Source: Pelomyxa schiedti
Taxonomy: Eukaryota; Protista; Evosea
Reading direction: 5' to 3'
DNA: 64,000 nucleotides
NCBI GenBank assembly: GCA_020536535.1
Contig: JAHLWZ010000828.1
Coordinates: 34,799 to 98,798 of the forward strand
A program made the position numbers and the translations under genes. Position 1 is the stretch's first letter; each line of letters begins with the position of its first letter. This document shows, piece after piece, positions 1 to 12,239 of the stretch. The notes below the pieces were generated by a model. The model saw only the letters and a program-made list of their open reading frames with translations, was not told the DNA's origin and did not search any database.

Positions 1-280
1 AAGAAAACCAATGAGGCAATATCTTTGTTGTGTTGGTAAATTCAGTCATTTTCGACATTTCCAGAAAATATTATAGTAGAACACACATTGAGGAAAGCAG
101 CCCCCGCTGCTATCGCGACAGTACCAGACAAGCACAAATACACATTCACCAGGTGCCGCGACACCCTCTTGTCTCTATGCAATAAGATCAAAAAAAAAAA
201 AAAAAAGCAATTAGGGACACGCACAAGTCACCAGTCTCGAACAACGCTGACGTGTTCACCTTACGAAATATATTCTCCAT
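1..280 (-). CDS. TMBIM6: Bax inhibitor-1 family protein, 5' part (runs off window start)
   Basis: Spliced N-terminus MENIFRKVNTSALFETGDL|DKRVSRHLVNVYLCLSGTVAIAAGAAFLN resembles the BI-1 N-terminus and first TM helix (human MNIFDRKINFDALL...QQHLKKVY, recalled); ATG at 280. Confidence 0.7.
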
Positions 281-389
281 TGTCCTTACGCGTCTCTTTA
301 CCGTTGGATAAAAAAAACAAAATTGGTTTGACGGGTTGGCTTTTTCTTTTATATCCTTGTCAGCAGAATCTAACCTAGCCTCTCTTACG

Positions 390-1132
390 ATGTCTTATCA
401 ACCCTCTCGTATGTCAGCAGGAGATGTTCCGACAAATAGTAGGTAACAAAAATTTCCGTTGTACCTTGTAAGGCTGTGAGACAAAAAAAAAACGGACAAG
501 CAACAAACAGTGAAAGAGTTCGTGGACGCAGTGCTTGACACGCGCCCAGAGGATAAAAGAGCCGAGTGGGTAGCCACTCTGGAACGTGAGGAATACCGCA
601 ACGTTCAGGACTTGCTCGATGCACCCTCTTCATCCTGGGATGCCTTGGCCCTGCCCCTCGCCATTAAGGACGCCCTACGCAATGAGCTTAAACACAACCC
701 CGGTACATTCTCTCCCACATTCTCCTTCTCCTCCCACCCATACCTCCACTGCACACAGGAAGACCCAAGGTCTATCCCAGCGATCCCCCTCCACCCCTCG
801 TGGCGGTTCCTGATCCCGACACGCTCGCGGGGATGAAGGCGGAGGTCACCACCAGAACAACACCGGAAGCAGCGCACAGATGCTCAAGCTCGCGCCACGT
901 GCGCGTCCGCTACTGTGGGTACCAGGCGTGGTTCTACGGCTGCGCCTTCTGCTTCCTGTTCCCACCCCTGGCCTTCATGCCCTTGTGCGTGGACGGCCTC
1001 AAGGACGAGCGCGAGGTGTGCGAGGACTGCGGCCGCACGACTCTCTGGCGGCACTCGTGCAGCGGCCGGGTCGTTGGCGGGTGGCAACCAGAGCGCCCCT
1101 GCCACGGCTTATGTTCCTGTCACATCGACTGA
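390..1132 (+). CDS. LITAF-like zinc-ribbon membrane protein with N-terminal SAM-like helical domain (3 exons)
   Basis: ATG 390; introns 439-510 and ~703-759 keep the frame; C-terminal YCGYQAWFYGCAFCFLFPPLAFMPLCVDGLKDEREVCEDCG has the LITAF hydrophobic hairpin, P-x-C-x-D-x-x-K-D and CxxC. Confidence 0.65.
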
Positions 1133-1327
1133 CGGCGTGTGCCTGTGGTGCATGCTGTTTCGTTTCACTTCTGTACAGACACAACGCGAACGAGTTGTTA
1201 TTTTTTTTTGTTTCTCACAGCTTTCAGTGCCCCGGGTTGCGGTACGGCGCAGCAGAACAAGGCACTCCTCTTTGTGTCTGGAGTGGGCACCTCCTGAGAT
1301 TCCAGAGTTTTTAAATCTCGTCATCAA

Positions 1328-4300
1328 ATGTCGGGTGGTTGGTGGGGAGGCACATCGGCTCCCAGCGGATACAACACGTGGACACCAACAACAGCAGATC
1401 AAGTTTATCAGCCCAATCAGTTCTACCCCGTGACCCAAACACCCCAACAACTACACACGCCTCTAGCCAATGACAGCAACAGCAACCAGTACGCCTACGC
1501 ATACCCCCAACAGCAGCAGCAACAGCAACAACCAATCTACACTCCTGTAATGCAACAGCCGGGGGCACCCCAAGACTACCCGCAGTTGCAATCGCAGGCC
1601 TACAATTCATCGCCGCCATATCTACAACCTGGTGTTTCTCAGTGTGTTGGACCACCCCCACCCCCACCTTCGTATGACGAGGCAGTGGCTTCCCTGGCTT
1701 CCAGTTCTGTTTCTCTTTCTCTTTCTAGCTCTTGTTGTTCTTCATTACTGAGCTCATCCTCTTGTATGGGCACTCCGGCTGCTTACCAGACACCACAGTG
1801 TTTACCAGCAACACAGACACCAACTTATGGGACCCAACAAGAAATTCAGGGTGGTTACCAAATCACACAGTCCTCATTACCAAGCTATTTATCATCTCAA
1901 CCCCCATCACAAATTCCCCAAAATATTACAGGAACTCCACAACGCAGCACAATGCACTACAATCAAATGTCACTTACACAGTCCTCACAATACATATCTC
2001 CAACGTATCAGACAATACAACAGCAGCCACAGCCTTCATATACGCCTGTTGCGAGTAACTCTGTTTCGAATTCTCAATATTCTACACCTTCTCCCGATCC
2101 GGGATATCCATCCCTCCAACCTTCCCAACCACCTTCTTATACTGATTCCTTGAGAACGGGAATCGTTTTGGGAAACGGTTGTATGCATTTCCCTCACATA
2201 GATTTCTTTGTGGATTCGATCGGCTTTAGTAAGTACACATGATTTTAATTCTTTCCAACTCTGGTTAGCACAAGGCAACAACTTTATGCCTGAGCACATC
2301 ACTTTGATGAAGGCTGGTACTCGTGTGGATCTTTATAGTAGGAACAAGAAGATTAGTTCTTCAATAATGTCTTTGAGAGCTAATAGCTGGTTCATCGACT
2401 GTGCAACAACTTCAAGTAATCTGCTTTTTCCCTTTATCGCACTCATGTTTCTCAGTTGCTATAACGTCAATTAAGGAATTGCGGAAAGGACAGAAAACAA
2501 CTGCCTTTATCAACAACAGGAACAATACAGTACTTAAATACATGTCTCGCCTCACATAACATTCGCACAGACTGCGTCATGCTCTTTCTCTCTTGTGTAC
2601 TGCGAGTGGAATAAACTGTTAACACTTGATGTAGTTGTTCCATCAGAAAGTGACTTTACAGCCTGGACTAGTGGAATCATTCATTTAGTAACTTCCCTAA
2701 GTGGGGAGAGCTCTGAGTATGTCACTTGGTAAAGAGGTACACTTACTCAAAGGTAGTTTTCACCGTCTAGAATGGGATCAGGCCACACAACCAGTAAATG
2801 CATCTCAGTTAAGAACAATCCTCATGAATTTGAACTTCAACATTTCTGTTGCAGAATTCAGAGACCAAATAACAGTATCTAGCCCCTTATCTTTTGAAAA
2901 CTTTTTTCCCATACCTTTCTCTAGACCTTGGGTTTATCAGCTGATGGACCTTACACGTTCACTAATTTAACTGCTTTGATCTCGTCACTGAAGTATGTCC
3001 CATTCGTTATTTTCCCTTCTTTTTTCTTTCTTTTTTTTTTCCCCTAGGCTGCGGTCTGAGATCTCTGCACTTTTCAACACATACTCTAATGGTAAAAAGA
3101 CCCTAAATTACGATGAACTGTCGCTGTTCTTCACAAGGGAGCAACAGGTTTTTACATACATTTTCTGTAACTATGACTCATTCCTCAGAGTTCTCTCACC
3201 ATGCAAGAATTTCAAAGAATTCTTTCTCAATACGAACCTTCAACAGTATCACCTAATCTCTTAATTGGCAGTAACCTTTTCAGAGTAGGGAGCTCTCTAT
3301 TCAAGGCTTTGACGCAATGATGACCAGTAACTCCAATGAAGTTTTCGATACAACTAAAACTATGTATTGGAGCCATTTTTATCATTATTTCTCTAACATC
3401 CAGCAGACAATATATGCCTGAGGATTGCCCTCTTTCATATTATTGGATAGCCAGTTCACATAATACATATTTGGAGGGACACCAGCTCCAAGGAGAAGTG
3501 AGTACAAAGTCAATTTACCATAAACTGTAACATATTGTCTTAGTCCTCACTGGAAGCCTATCTTCGGGTATTAAAGTCAGGATGCCGATGTATTGAAAGT
3601 ATTTCTGAACACCTTCTTCCTGTGATTAAAAGTATGAAATCCTGCAGTTGATACCTGGGACGGCGAAGATGGTGAACCAGTCACCTACCATGGATATACA
3701 TTGACTACTAAAGTTAAATTCCTCGATATCATGGTAGCCCTCCGCGATTACGCTTTCCTTTTCACTCAGTAGTCCAGAACCATCCCTACTACCAACTAAT
3801 GAACTCTCCAAGGTGCCCTCTTATTATCTCACTGGAGAATCATTGCTCACTTCCCCAACAAAGGAAAATGGCACAGTATTGGAACGACAATATTGGAGGT
3901 ATTTGCATTCTTTGTATTGCGTCTAACAGTCAACGCAGCTGTCACAGCTACGCCGATACACCTCACCCAAAATGAATTATGTCAGTGCCTTCCAACTCTC
4001 AAAGAATTGAAAGGCAAAATCTTACTTAAAGTAAGCTGTACTCTCTTTGCTGGTAGTTTAACAACTGTATAGGCCAATGTAAGAAACGAGTCACTCTCTG
4101 CCTCAGTTATGTCAGTTTCCAGTGAATTATCATCCTTGACGTATCTAAAAATTGCCAATAAATCAGATATCCCACAAGATCAAAGTAAACCTTCATTTTT
4201 GTTGTGCTTACTGCTGAAGTATTTAAGCCTCTATGAAAATGATGAATGCCTACGAAATTCTTAATCTTAGTGAGACTGCCACTCAAAACCAGGCTACAAA

Positions 4301-5193
4301 CATCCTTTCAAATTTCAATATGCTACACATGACACGAATTTACCCAAAAGGGACAAGAGTTGGTGAGAGCAAACCTACATTCTTTTATCTTATTGTAATG
4401 GGATAGATTCATCAAATTTTGATCCCACACCGTTCTGGGGTCTTGGATGTCAAGTAGTAGCTTTGGTTACAAAGCAATCTTGATCAACCAGGGAAACTAA
4501 TAAGAGACTAGAACTATCAAACATCATCCGAACCTATATGGATTAATACAGGACGATTCAGAGAAAATGGAAAATGTGGCTACGTTCTAAAACCAGTGCA
4601 CCTCAGAGTTTCTCAGGAACCCCAAAATAAAGTTCGCAGGTTATCCATAACAGTATGCTTCCGGAAGTACTTCTTTTATGTCTCCCAAGCCATCATTTAG
4701 ATTATAAGTACGAGACAAATCCCTCTAAACAAAACTGTGGGAGCAACTATGTTTGTCACACTCAAAGTTCATGAGGAACTTCCAATTGGTGCTTCTTCAC
4801 AGACTGTATCTGAGTATAGAACAAGAAGCATTGGTACCCCCGTTTCCCGCGTTCAACTACTTATTAGAAGATAGAAAACAACCTAAATCCGGTGTGGAAC
4901 GAAACAGCAAATTTCGGCATCCAGTGCAGCAGCACAGCCGTACTCATAATCAGACTGGATAAAAACGATCGTATTGGGAAATCAAGGTTCCTTACCTTTC
5001 TTTGCTCCATGCCATTCACCCTTCTTGAAGGATTGGACACTACGTTGTCCCCGTGGAATGTGCGCTCTTTTTCTCCTCTTCCATTCTAAAAACAAACTCA
5101 GGTATCAGAAGTGGAGTCCGTTTCGTTCCTCTCTTGGACGACCTATCGTCTCCGATTCCTTTTGCGAATTTGCTATGCCGCTTCCAACTCTGA
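1328..5193 (+). CDS. PLC: Phosphoinositide-specific phospholipase C (low-complexity N-term, PH, EF-hand, X, Y, C2)
   Basis: X box [56 protein letters not shown]; Y box [17 protein letters not shown]...GCQVVALNYQT; C2 NPVWNE; both catalytic His present; stop TGA 5191-5193. Confidence 0.93.
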
Positions 5194-5215
5194 ATAAAGA
5201 AATCACGTTTGTTCC

Positions 5216-8200
5216 TTATTCTGATATTTCTAGAGGCCAGTGAATGGTAATGAATGGTGCAGGAGGAGAACATTGGTCGGGCTCCAGCACAGAAAGTACA
5301 AAACGAGTGGATTCCTTGGTGCGGTTGCCAAAGTGGGTTGTAGCTACCCCAAAAACAGTGACGGGAGAATTCGGCTGTCGACACCCGAAAAATCTCACAA
5401 TGGCTCGGTATTCTCCTGGTTGAGCTTGCTTGATGGAATACACAATCGGGCCATGGGCCTATTTTAATTTATTTGTTTGCTTTGTGTAGAACTCCAAACC
5501 TTGATTTCTCTTGACATAAGACCCCCTGAACTTGTTATATTCCTCATTGAACAGCAGAGCTCTCCTGAAGGCTCAACTATAACAAGTTCCATATCCCACT
5601 CAATATCAAAAAATATAGCAACCCGAATGTCAAGCTCAAGTAACAACGGGCACGCGATTGCTCGGCTTACTATTTCAAAGTTGGTCGAGGAGGGAGTGGA
5701 GAGAAAACATACCGGAAAAGACCTTTGGTACTTCAGAGGTCAAGGATAGAAGGGAATGCGCCCGAGAAAACTCTGTTACTGCAGCAATCTCAACTTGATT
5801 GTATACTGTATCCCACACAGTGTTAACGATTCTCTGTAATAGTAGAACGGACTTGTCCATGTTAGCCAGGACCTACAAAAAGAAGTAAACAGAGCTTTTA
5901 AGTAATTGAATGCACTTGAACCTGTGCCAGTGGCGAATTGTAGGAAAGAGCAACGCACAGTAAAAGCAATGCTGAGGGATCAGAGATGGCTAGGTCACAT
6001 AGTCTTTCACATACTTCAATAGCCCTGGCTGTCATTCCCCAATGAAGTAGTACAAATGTGGTCATCCAAAGGTAACTGGGACTTTCGCAGTTGCATTCCA
6101 GGATTGTTGAGAGGTGGAGATAAGCTCTCTCAGTGTTTCCAGTTTCAAATATATCACAGGCTTCTACAACAATAGCGTGTGGTGAGAAGCCACACAGAGG
6201 CAGTTGATAAGTGTATGAAATGGGGGTGACTGGCAATAATCTAACCCTGGGGCGTTTTGGTGTCTTCAGAGTCTCCAAATCATTTTCCGCGGGTCTTTCT
6301 GCAGATAGGCTTCTACCAGATCTCTTTCTATGGGGCGGAGACACTGGTATTGTAGTCGAATTGTTACCCTCTGGAGACACTTCTGTACTGGGCCTCATAT
6401 GCCTGGTTTTAGGGTCATAATATGCGGTAGTTGGATCCATGTTCAACAGGTATTTGGAGGTGTCTTCTCTTATTCGCAGCTGTCTAACTGACAAATGTGA
6501 CTCCATGGTTGGCACAAATGGTTTGAAAGGGGCATCAACAGTCATTTTGCATGGAGAAAACCTTTCGTCTAGTTTTGCAGCAGCCATTTCATGCATAAGG
6601 TATCCCCCAGAGCTGTAAAAGCCTTCCCACCAGGTGACATAAGACTGCCACCAGTCACCAATAATGTCCACTTTCTTTTCCTGAATATGGGTTTTTAATG
6701 CTTCCTGCTTCATCACCAAAAGATGGTATTGTGCACGAAGCTCTGGCAGTGAGGAAGGGGGAACCAAGTTATGCTTCACATATTGCTCCAGGGTGTCTAG
6801 AACAAGAAACGAAAGGCCAGCTCGCATCACGCCATACTTGTGTGCAATTGTCTGCATCAAGTGATTGGAAGAACAATTACTGGAGTGGAAGTCTATTTTT
6901 TGTGATCCGTAGAGGAGAGAAATGATGGGAGGCCCCCTTTCAGGGGATTGATTAACAAAAGTGATGGAATTCAACACCTGAGAGCAACAGGTGGTTGTAA
7001 CAGTCACTTCTCGAATTTGTGGGATCCAAGAAGAGATCTTTCCAGTAAAGAGGAGAGGACTTGTGACTGTTTGAGATTTCGGATAAATCTGGACTCGATG
7101 AGGTGGTCCAACAGATAGTGATAAGGTGCAAGTTCTACCAGCAAGTTCTTCAAGCTCAAAAGTGTTGGCACCACTAATGTTAAAGCATGTCCCGCCATTC
7201 GTGGAGGTAATCTTGTGTAAAAAGGAGAAGTTTGCACTTGGCTTGGCAGAAAATGCATGGAGAGGAAAACTGAACGAGGGTCGGTCAGGCAAAACAGCAG
7301 GGACAGACTGAATCCCGTCCGTAAACAGTAATGAAAACCTGGCTTTCTGACTTTGCAGTTCACTGTTGAAAAGGAAGCGGAAGTCAGTGCCTCCAGCAGG
7401 TTGCACTTTCGCAATGAGCTGCATGATACTTGTGGCTGAAGCTCCACAGTCATATAAAACAGGAGGGCGCAAATTTATGTCGAAGAAATATAATGTCACA
7501 GAGGTTCTTTCCAGTATGTGTGCCAGTATTCTTGACAAAACTGCAGCTTCCTTTTCTGCTTCTGGTCCACTGTGGCTGCTTGATGTGTCCCAAAGGAGGA
7601 GGACTGTTTTGTCACCTAACTCCAAAGGAGGTAGTGTGCAGGATGCTAAGCATAACGGATCCACAGAAGCAATAAAAAAGAGTGAGCCATTCTTTCCTAC
7701 TTCTGCAACGATATTGGGGTATTGTAGGTTCAGTTTTATCTCGCCGCATAATTGACTCAGGTTGACACAGGTAAATGTTTCTTGTATTTCATAACGATCT
7801 GAGGTACTTGATGCACCATGGTGTGTTATTGCAGGAGGGAATGATAGAGTTGTGACTTGGCCACAGAATACTGTAAGGTGGAATGAAAAGTACATAACAT
7901 CATTTCTAATTCTACTCCCGAAAGAAATGGGCACAAGAAATCCCTTTTGGGAGATAGTGTCAACAAAGGATACTCGAATGACCTTGCCATTCCCGAGATC
8001 TGGAACCCTCGTCGTGAAAACGTTGCTCTGTTCAGCTCCAATACAAATGAGAATTCAAAGCTAAAAAAGAGAATAGTCCTACCTGGTCATGTGCCTCCAT
8101 AAAAGAAACGTTTCCTCCACGCCTAATCTCTTCATCGAAAACCGAGCGGGATACAGGCTTGGTTGCCAACACAGCTTCCTTCATGTGATCCACATCCAAT

Positions 8201-8531
8201 CCAACAGCTACCACCATTAGTGCAACAAGTAAGTTAACCAACACAGTTATTAGAGGTATCACTATTTACCATATCCACAAACACAAGCCGTTGGAGACAG
8301 TGGGAAAATAAAAGTGCCCTCATCCTCACTCAAACAGTCACCGGCGCTCCCCGGACGCTCGCGCCCATAATCCTCACCCACAGAGCCGCAGTGGCCATCA
8401 CGTCTCCCGAACTGCAGCGTGAAAGTACACCGTGAGGCAGGCCCCACGACGGTCCAGTCAATCGTAACCCCTGTTGGCAAGTGCTCAATCCCCCGGCCGT
8501 CAACGAGGCCAATCGCGCTTGGCTCAAACAT
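5216..8531 (-). CDS. Bacterial-type VIT + vWA + TPR + DUF2135 (YfaP-like) protein
   Basis: VIT-like N-term ([39 protein letters not shown]); v[15 protein letters not shown]...GGTD...LLFTDG; helical TPR-like region; C-term [25 protein letters not shown]...GGLMSR...[19 protein letters not shown] typical of DUF2135. Confidence 0.75.
6393..6491 (-). other. Slu7-like conserved peptide embedded in-frame in the VIT/vWA protein
   Basis: [33 protein letters not shown] versus human SLU7 as recalled, [33 protein letters not shown] (24/33 identical). Confidence 0.85.
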
Positions 8532-8568
8532 TCTAAAATTCGTGTTTGGAAAATTCTTGATTTACACA

Positions 8569-11500
8569 TCATACACTCTTTGTGCTTTTGGGAGTGGCAA
8601 CGCCACTACAGCCCCACAAGCCAAGATTTTTGTGCAGTTTTTGTACAGGTTCCTCCATCTCTGGGAAAACCTTGTGCATGGAATCATACAACGGGCACAC
8701 AACCAATTCGTTGAAGGCGCTCTGTCGCAAAATTAGTACTTTGTAACAAACACTGCATAAATGAGAATGAGCTAACCTGCATCTTCGGAATGTTACAGTC
8801 GTCCCTTTTCATAAACGGGGAAACCGGCAACCCAAAGCCTTGCTCCTTGTCACCTTGCTCAAAGAACTCGTTCACAACGCGATGTGCCCACTGCTCGGAA
8901 GTCTTCCATTCTCGGGCAGAGTTCGCTAAATCTGCGCACTTGATAAAGAGCTTCAGAGCAAGTAGTCTTGATGCATTATCTCCAAACTTCAACGTATTTC
9001 CGGATGCCGTACTTGACTTCCACATGCCTAGGAGCTCGACGTGCCTGGAATTCTTGAGTTCAATAATGAGAATGGGTTATATTTTACCTTGACATATCTG
9101 TAGCTAATACAAGATTGATAACGAGGGTACGGAACTCGCGGAACCTATTGTATTATGACAATGTCAACAAAGATCGCAATGTGATACATTTCTTTCGAAA
9201 AAGATGTTGTAAAATTCAAATCTGGCTGTTCAAGAAGTTGGAAAGCTGTGCAAGCATGGAAGTTCTCCAAAATGGAAATATCGTTATACGTAATACTGAG
9301 TTTTGATCTAGTGGCTTTTGGGAGGTGAATTTATTTTCTTGCAGACAATGGTTCTGCATACCAATCAAGAAATTGTTGTTAACCCCTTTGTGGCTGTTAA
9401 ATTGTGCCGAACTCCGTCATTTTGCTAACCTGGGTGCTGGATATCGTGGATGATAGCCGCAAATAACGCGGAAAAGTGCTCAATGGGAGTTAACTGCAAA
9501 TAACTTCCACATTTAGTCAGAAACCAATTCATTGCCTGAAGTACTTCGCATGCATGGAACTGGCAAGAGGTAAATGAGGGTACGTATTCGGACAACTTTC
9601 AAAGTAGTACCCTATTGTGGTATGGATTGTCGTTGTAAGCCTGGTCAGCCGCAGAGATGTAGTTTGAGAGCTGAGTTACAGAAATTGGCAGACTATGTAA
9701 GACCGCACATGAATGCAATATATACGCAGCTGTTTGCGCCAAGACAGGACCTATGGAGATATGAGACCCTTGAAACCTCCGCATTATTTCATTACCCTCT
9801 ATTCCCAGTGGACAGAAATCCCAGTTATTAATTTGTTGGAGCAAGGTTGGGTCGCATTCTCCATGTTGTCTTCAGATGTCACAAAAAAATAGAGAACATT
9901 TTAACATACGAAAGATTATTCCGCCCGATAAATGGTGTTGGCATTGCAGAAGAGGTATTTTTGGTCAATACTTGATCATACAGGTACTCCTTGATATCAT
10001 TTTCCAGTTCTATAGGACATTGGAGATCAACCGGTGGCCTACGCACTAACCTGATACATGGCTGTAATCTATACTATACATCTTTCGTGAAGTTATAATG
10101 CCAATAGCATATTCTAACTTATGAACTTCCTTGGCAGGTATACCTGACACGACTATTAAAGTGGAGCCAAACATAATAATGCTCATACATTCTCTTAGCG
10201 TAGTCAAAGTCCGAACCACACTTTCTGCAGGCGTGCTCAGTAAATCTCCTACAGATACTTGCTGTCCAAGTACAGATTGAAGTTGTACATTTTCCTGTTG
10301 CAGTTCGTCATTCACTTTGGCCATTCTTTTCTGTGTGTTTGTTAGGGGAATTACAAAGGGAAGTACAATACTAGTCTCCGAAGTAAAAACAGTGCAATAG
10401 ACACCAATATAAGAAATACAACTGCTATAAATAAAACGAAAGGCAGCCAAATGACCATTACTGACTCTGACTTGCTGCATTTGTATTCGACTACAAAACC
10501 AACTCCAGAAGTGGCAAAATCTGTCACAAAAAGAAGCAGAACATGCTTAGAATGTGCTATTACAGGTGCAGCCGAGCTTCCACTTAGTATAGATACCAGT
10601 TCCCCGTAGGTGGCATTTTCATCTGAGAGCCTTATGTTGAGTCCATCACTGCCTTCAATGGAAAAAGTAGTGAAGGTGAAGGTAATGGTGTCGTAATCTC
10701 CTTGTGGTGAAATCAGCCACGCGCAGTACGAATTTGGCGCGTAAGCCATATAGAGTCCTTCAGCTGGATAGTCACTCTGAATAACGCCACTGGGCTCGTG
10801 TAACTCCACAAGGTTACTGCAACCTCGCGAACAGTCATACCAGAACCTCCCCATTTCACAAATACACGCGGTTTCGTAGCAGAAACCATGACCGCTGCAT
10901 TGGTTAGAAAGCCCTTCCACACACGAAACGTTTTCGTATCCACAAGATGTCCAATCTTATGCTATAAGCGGAGGTAATGATAGAGATAACTTGTTACCTT
11001 GGACATGTATTGCAGAAGAGAGAATAACAAGGTCATCATTGGATTCTCCAACTGAGAGCAGTGAGCAAGGAAATTGTCAAAAAGGTGCACACAAGTTTCA
11101 ATCGTGAGAGTGTAGTCTCCAGGGGGGAAGTGGGCCGGAATAACGTGTTTCCCTGACACATTAAAATCGTCGCTCATAGTTCCCTCTAACTCTAAGAGTT
11201 CGGACCAAGAATACAAATACCTGGATAGAATAAGGAGAGAAAAGTGATATAACTTACCTCCAATCCACTTGTCGGTCTCCTTGGCTTATGCTGTACCACG
11301 CCCATAGCGAAGAATAAAATATCTCATAAGAAGTGGCACTGAATAAAGCACAAATCAGAAAATTTCCACAGGATGTCAACTTACGGGAGAAAGTAAGTCA
11401 TGTTCAATCTTTGCTGTGGGCATAGGGTAGTTTCCATTTGGAGCTGCATCCCACACTGGTAACCTGACCAAGGTTCGTTGCATTCACACTGACCAAGCAA

Positions 11501-12185
11501 ATTGTGACAGGTGCCGTGATTTGAACAGTTATTACTGCATCCAGGTGTGTAGCACTCCCAAGTTATAACAAACTCCAAAGTTTGAATATTTACACTGCCA
11601 ACGTTGACTCCAGTCCCGCTTGAAGAATTGTTTGTTTCAAAGGTGAATGCCAACAGCAAGCCAACAGTAGCACGCGTAGTGCATGAAATTCCAACCGAAA
11701 AGAGGGTCTGTAGTTTTGGTACAGTGCCACTGGAAGGCAAACTGACCTCTGTTGAGAAAGAGGCAAGTGTTACTGTATTCGACTGAGACGATATCAGCAC
11801 CTGGGTGTAACGAAACTATGAAGAGAGCGAAAGGAAGGCGTGTTATCTTACCACTAGAAGAGACCACAAGCCGAAATTACCTGATAATAACTGGTGGTTG
11901 AATTTGAGCCATCCCACCACTTGAAAGTGATATCACTGGGATCAGAGAAGTGAGGTGCGTATTGTGTGATATTGCCGGCATCATATTCCACCATCACACT
12001 GCCGCAGTTCAAAACGTCCTGATAGCCCCCGTCCTGAGTCTTCATGTCAAAAAAAAAAAAAGGAAGCAAACTCAACTGGCACCTACCTTTAGTACTTGGA
12101 CCATTGGACACCAGGAACCAGCAGTGAAATGGAGCGAATGCAACATAATAAACACGATAACCGACAACGACGTAATATGCAGCAT
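8569..12185 (-). CDS. Single-pass receptor-type class I cyclic nucleotide phosphodiesterase (signal peptide, EGF, EGF, CUB, TM, coiled coil, PDEase)
   Basis: Hydrophobic leader MLHITSLSVIVFIMLHSLHF; EGF motifs CSNHGTC...CECNEPWSG and CSGHGFC...CICEMG; CUB PSGVIQSD...YAPNSYCAWLI...FVTDFATSGVGF; TM WLPFVLFIAVVFLILVSIALFLL; PDE NPYHNRFHACEV, HDIQHPG, LENFH, LATDMS, KCADLAN, EFFEQGDKE; 5' end uncertain. Confidence 0.85.
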
Positions 12186-12239
12186 GGTTTTGTCACTGTG
12201 GTGGATGGACAGCGGATCTACGCTGTACAAGACTATAAG

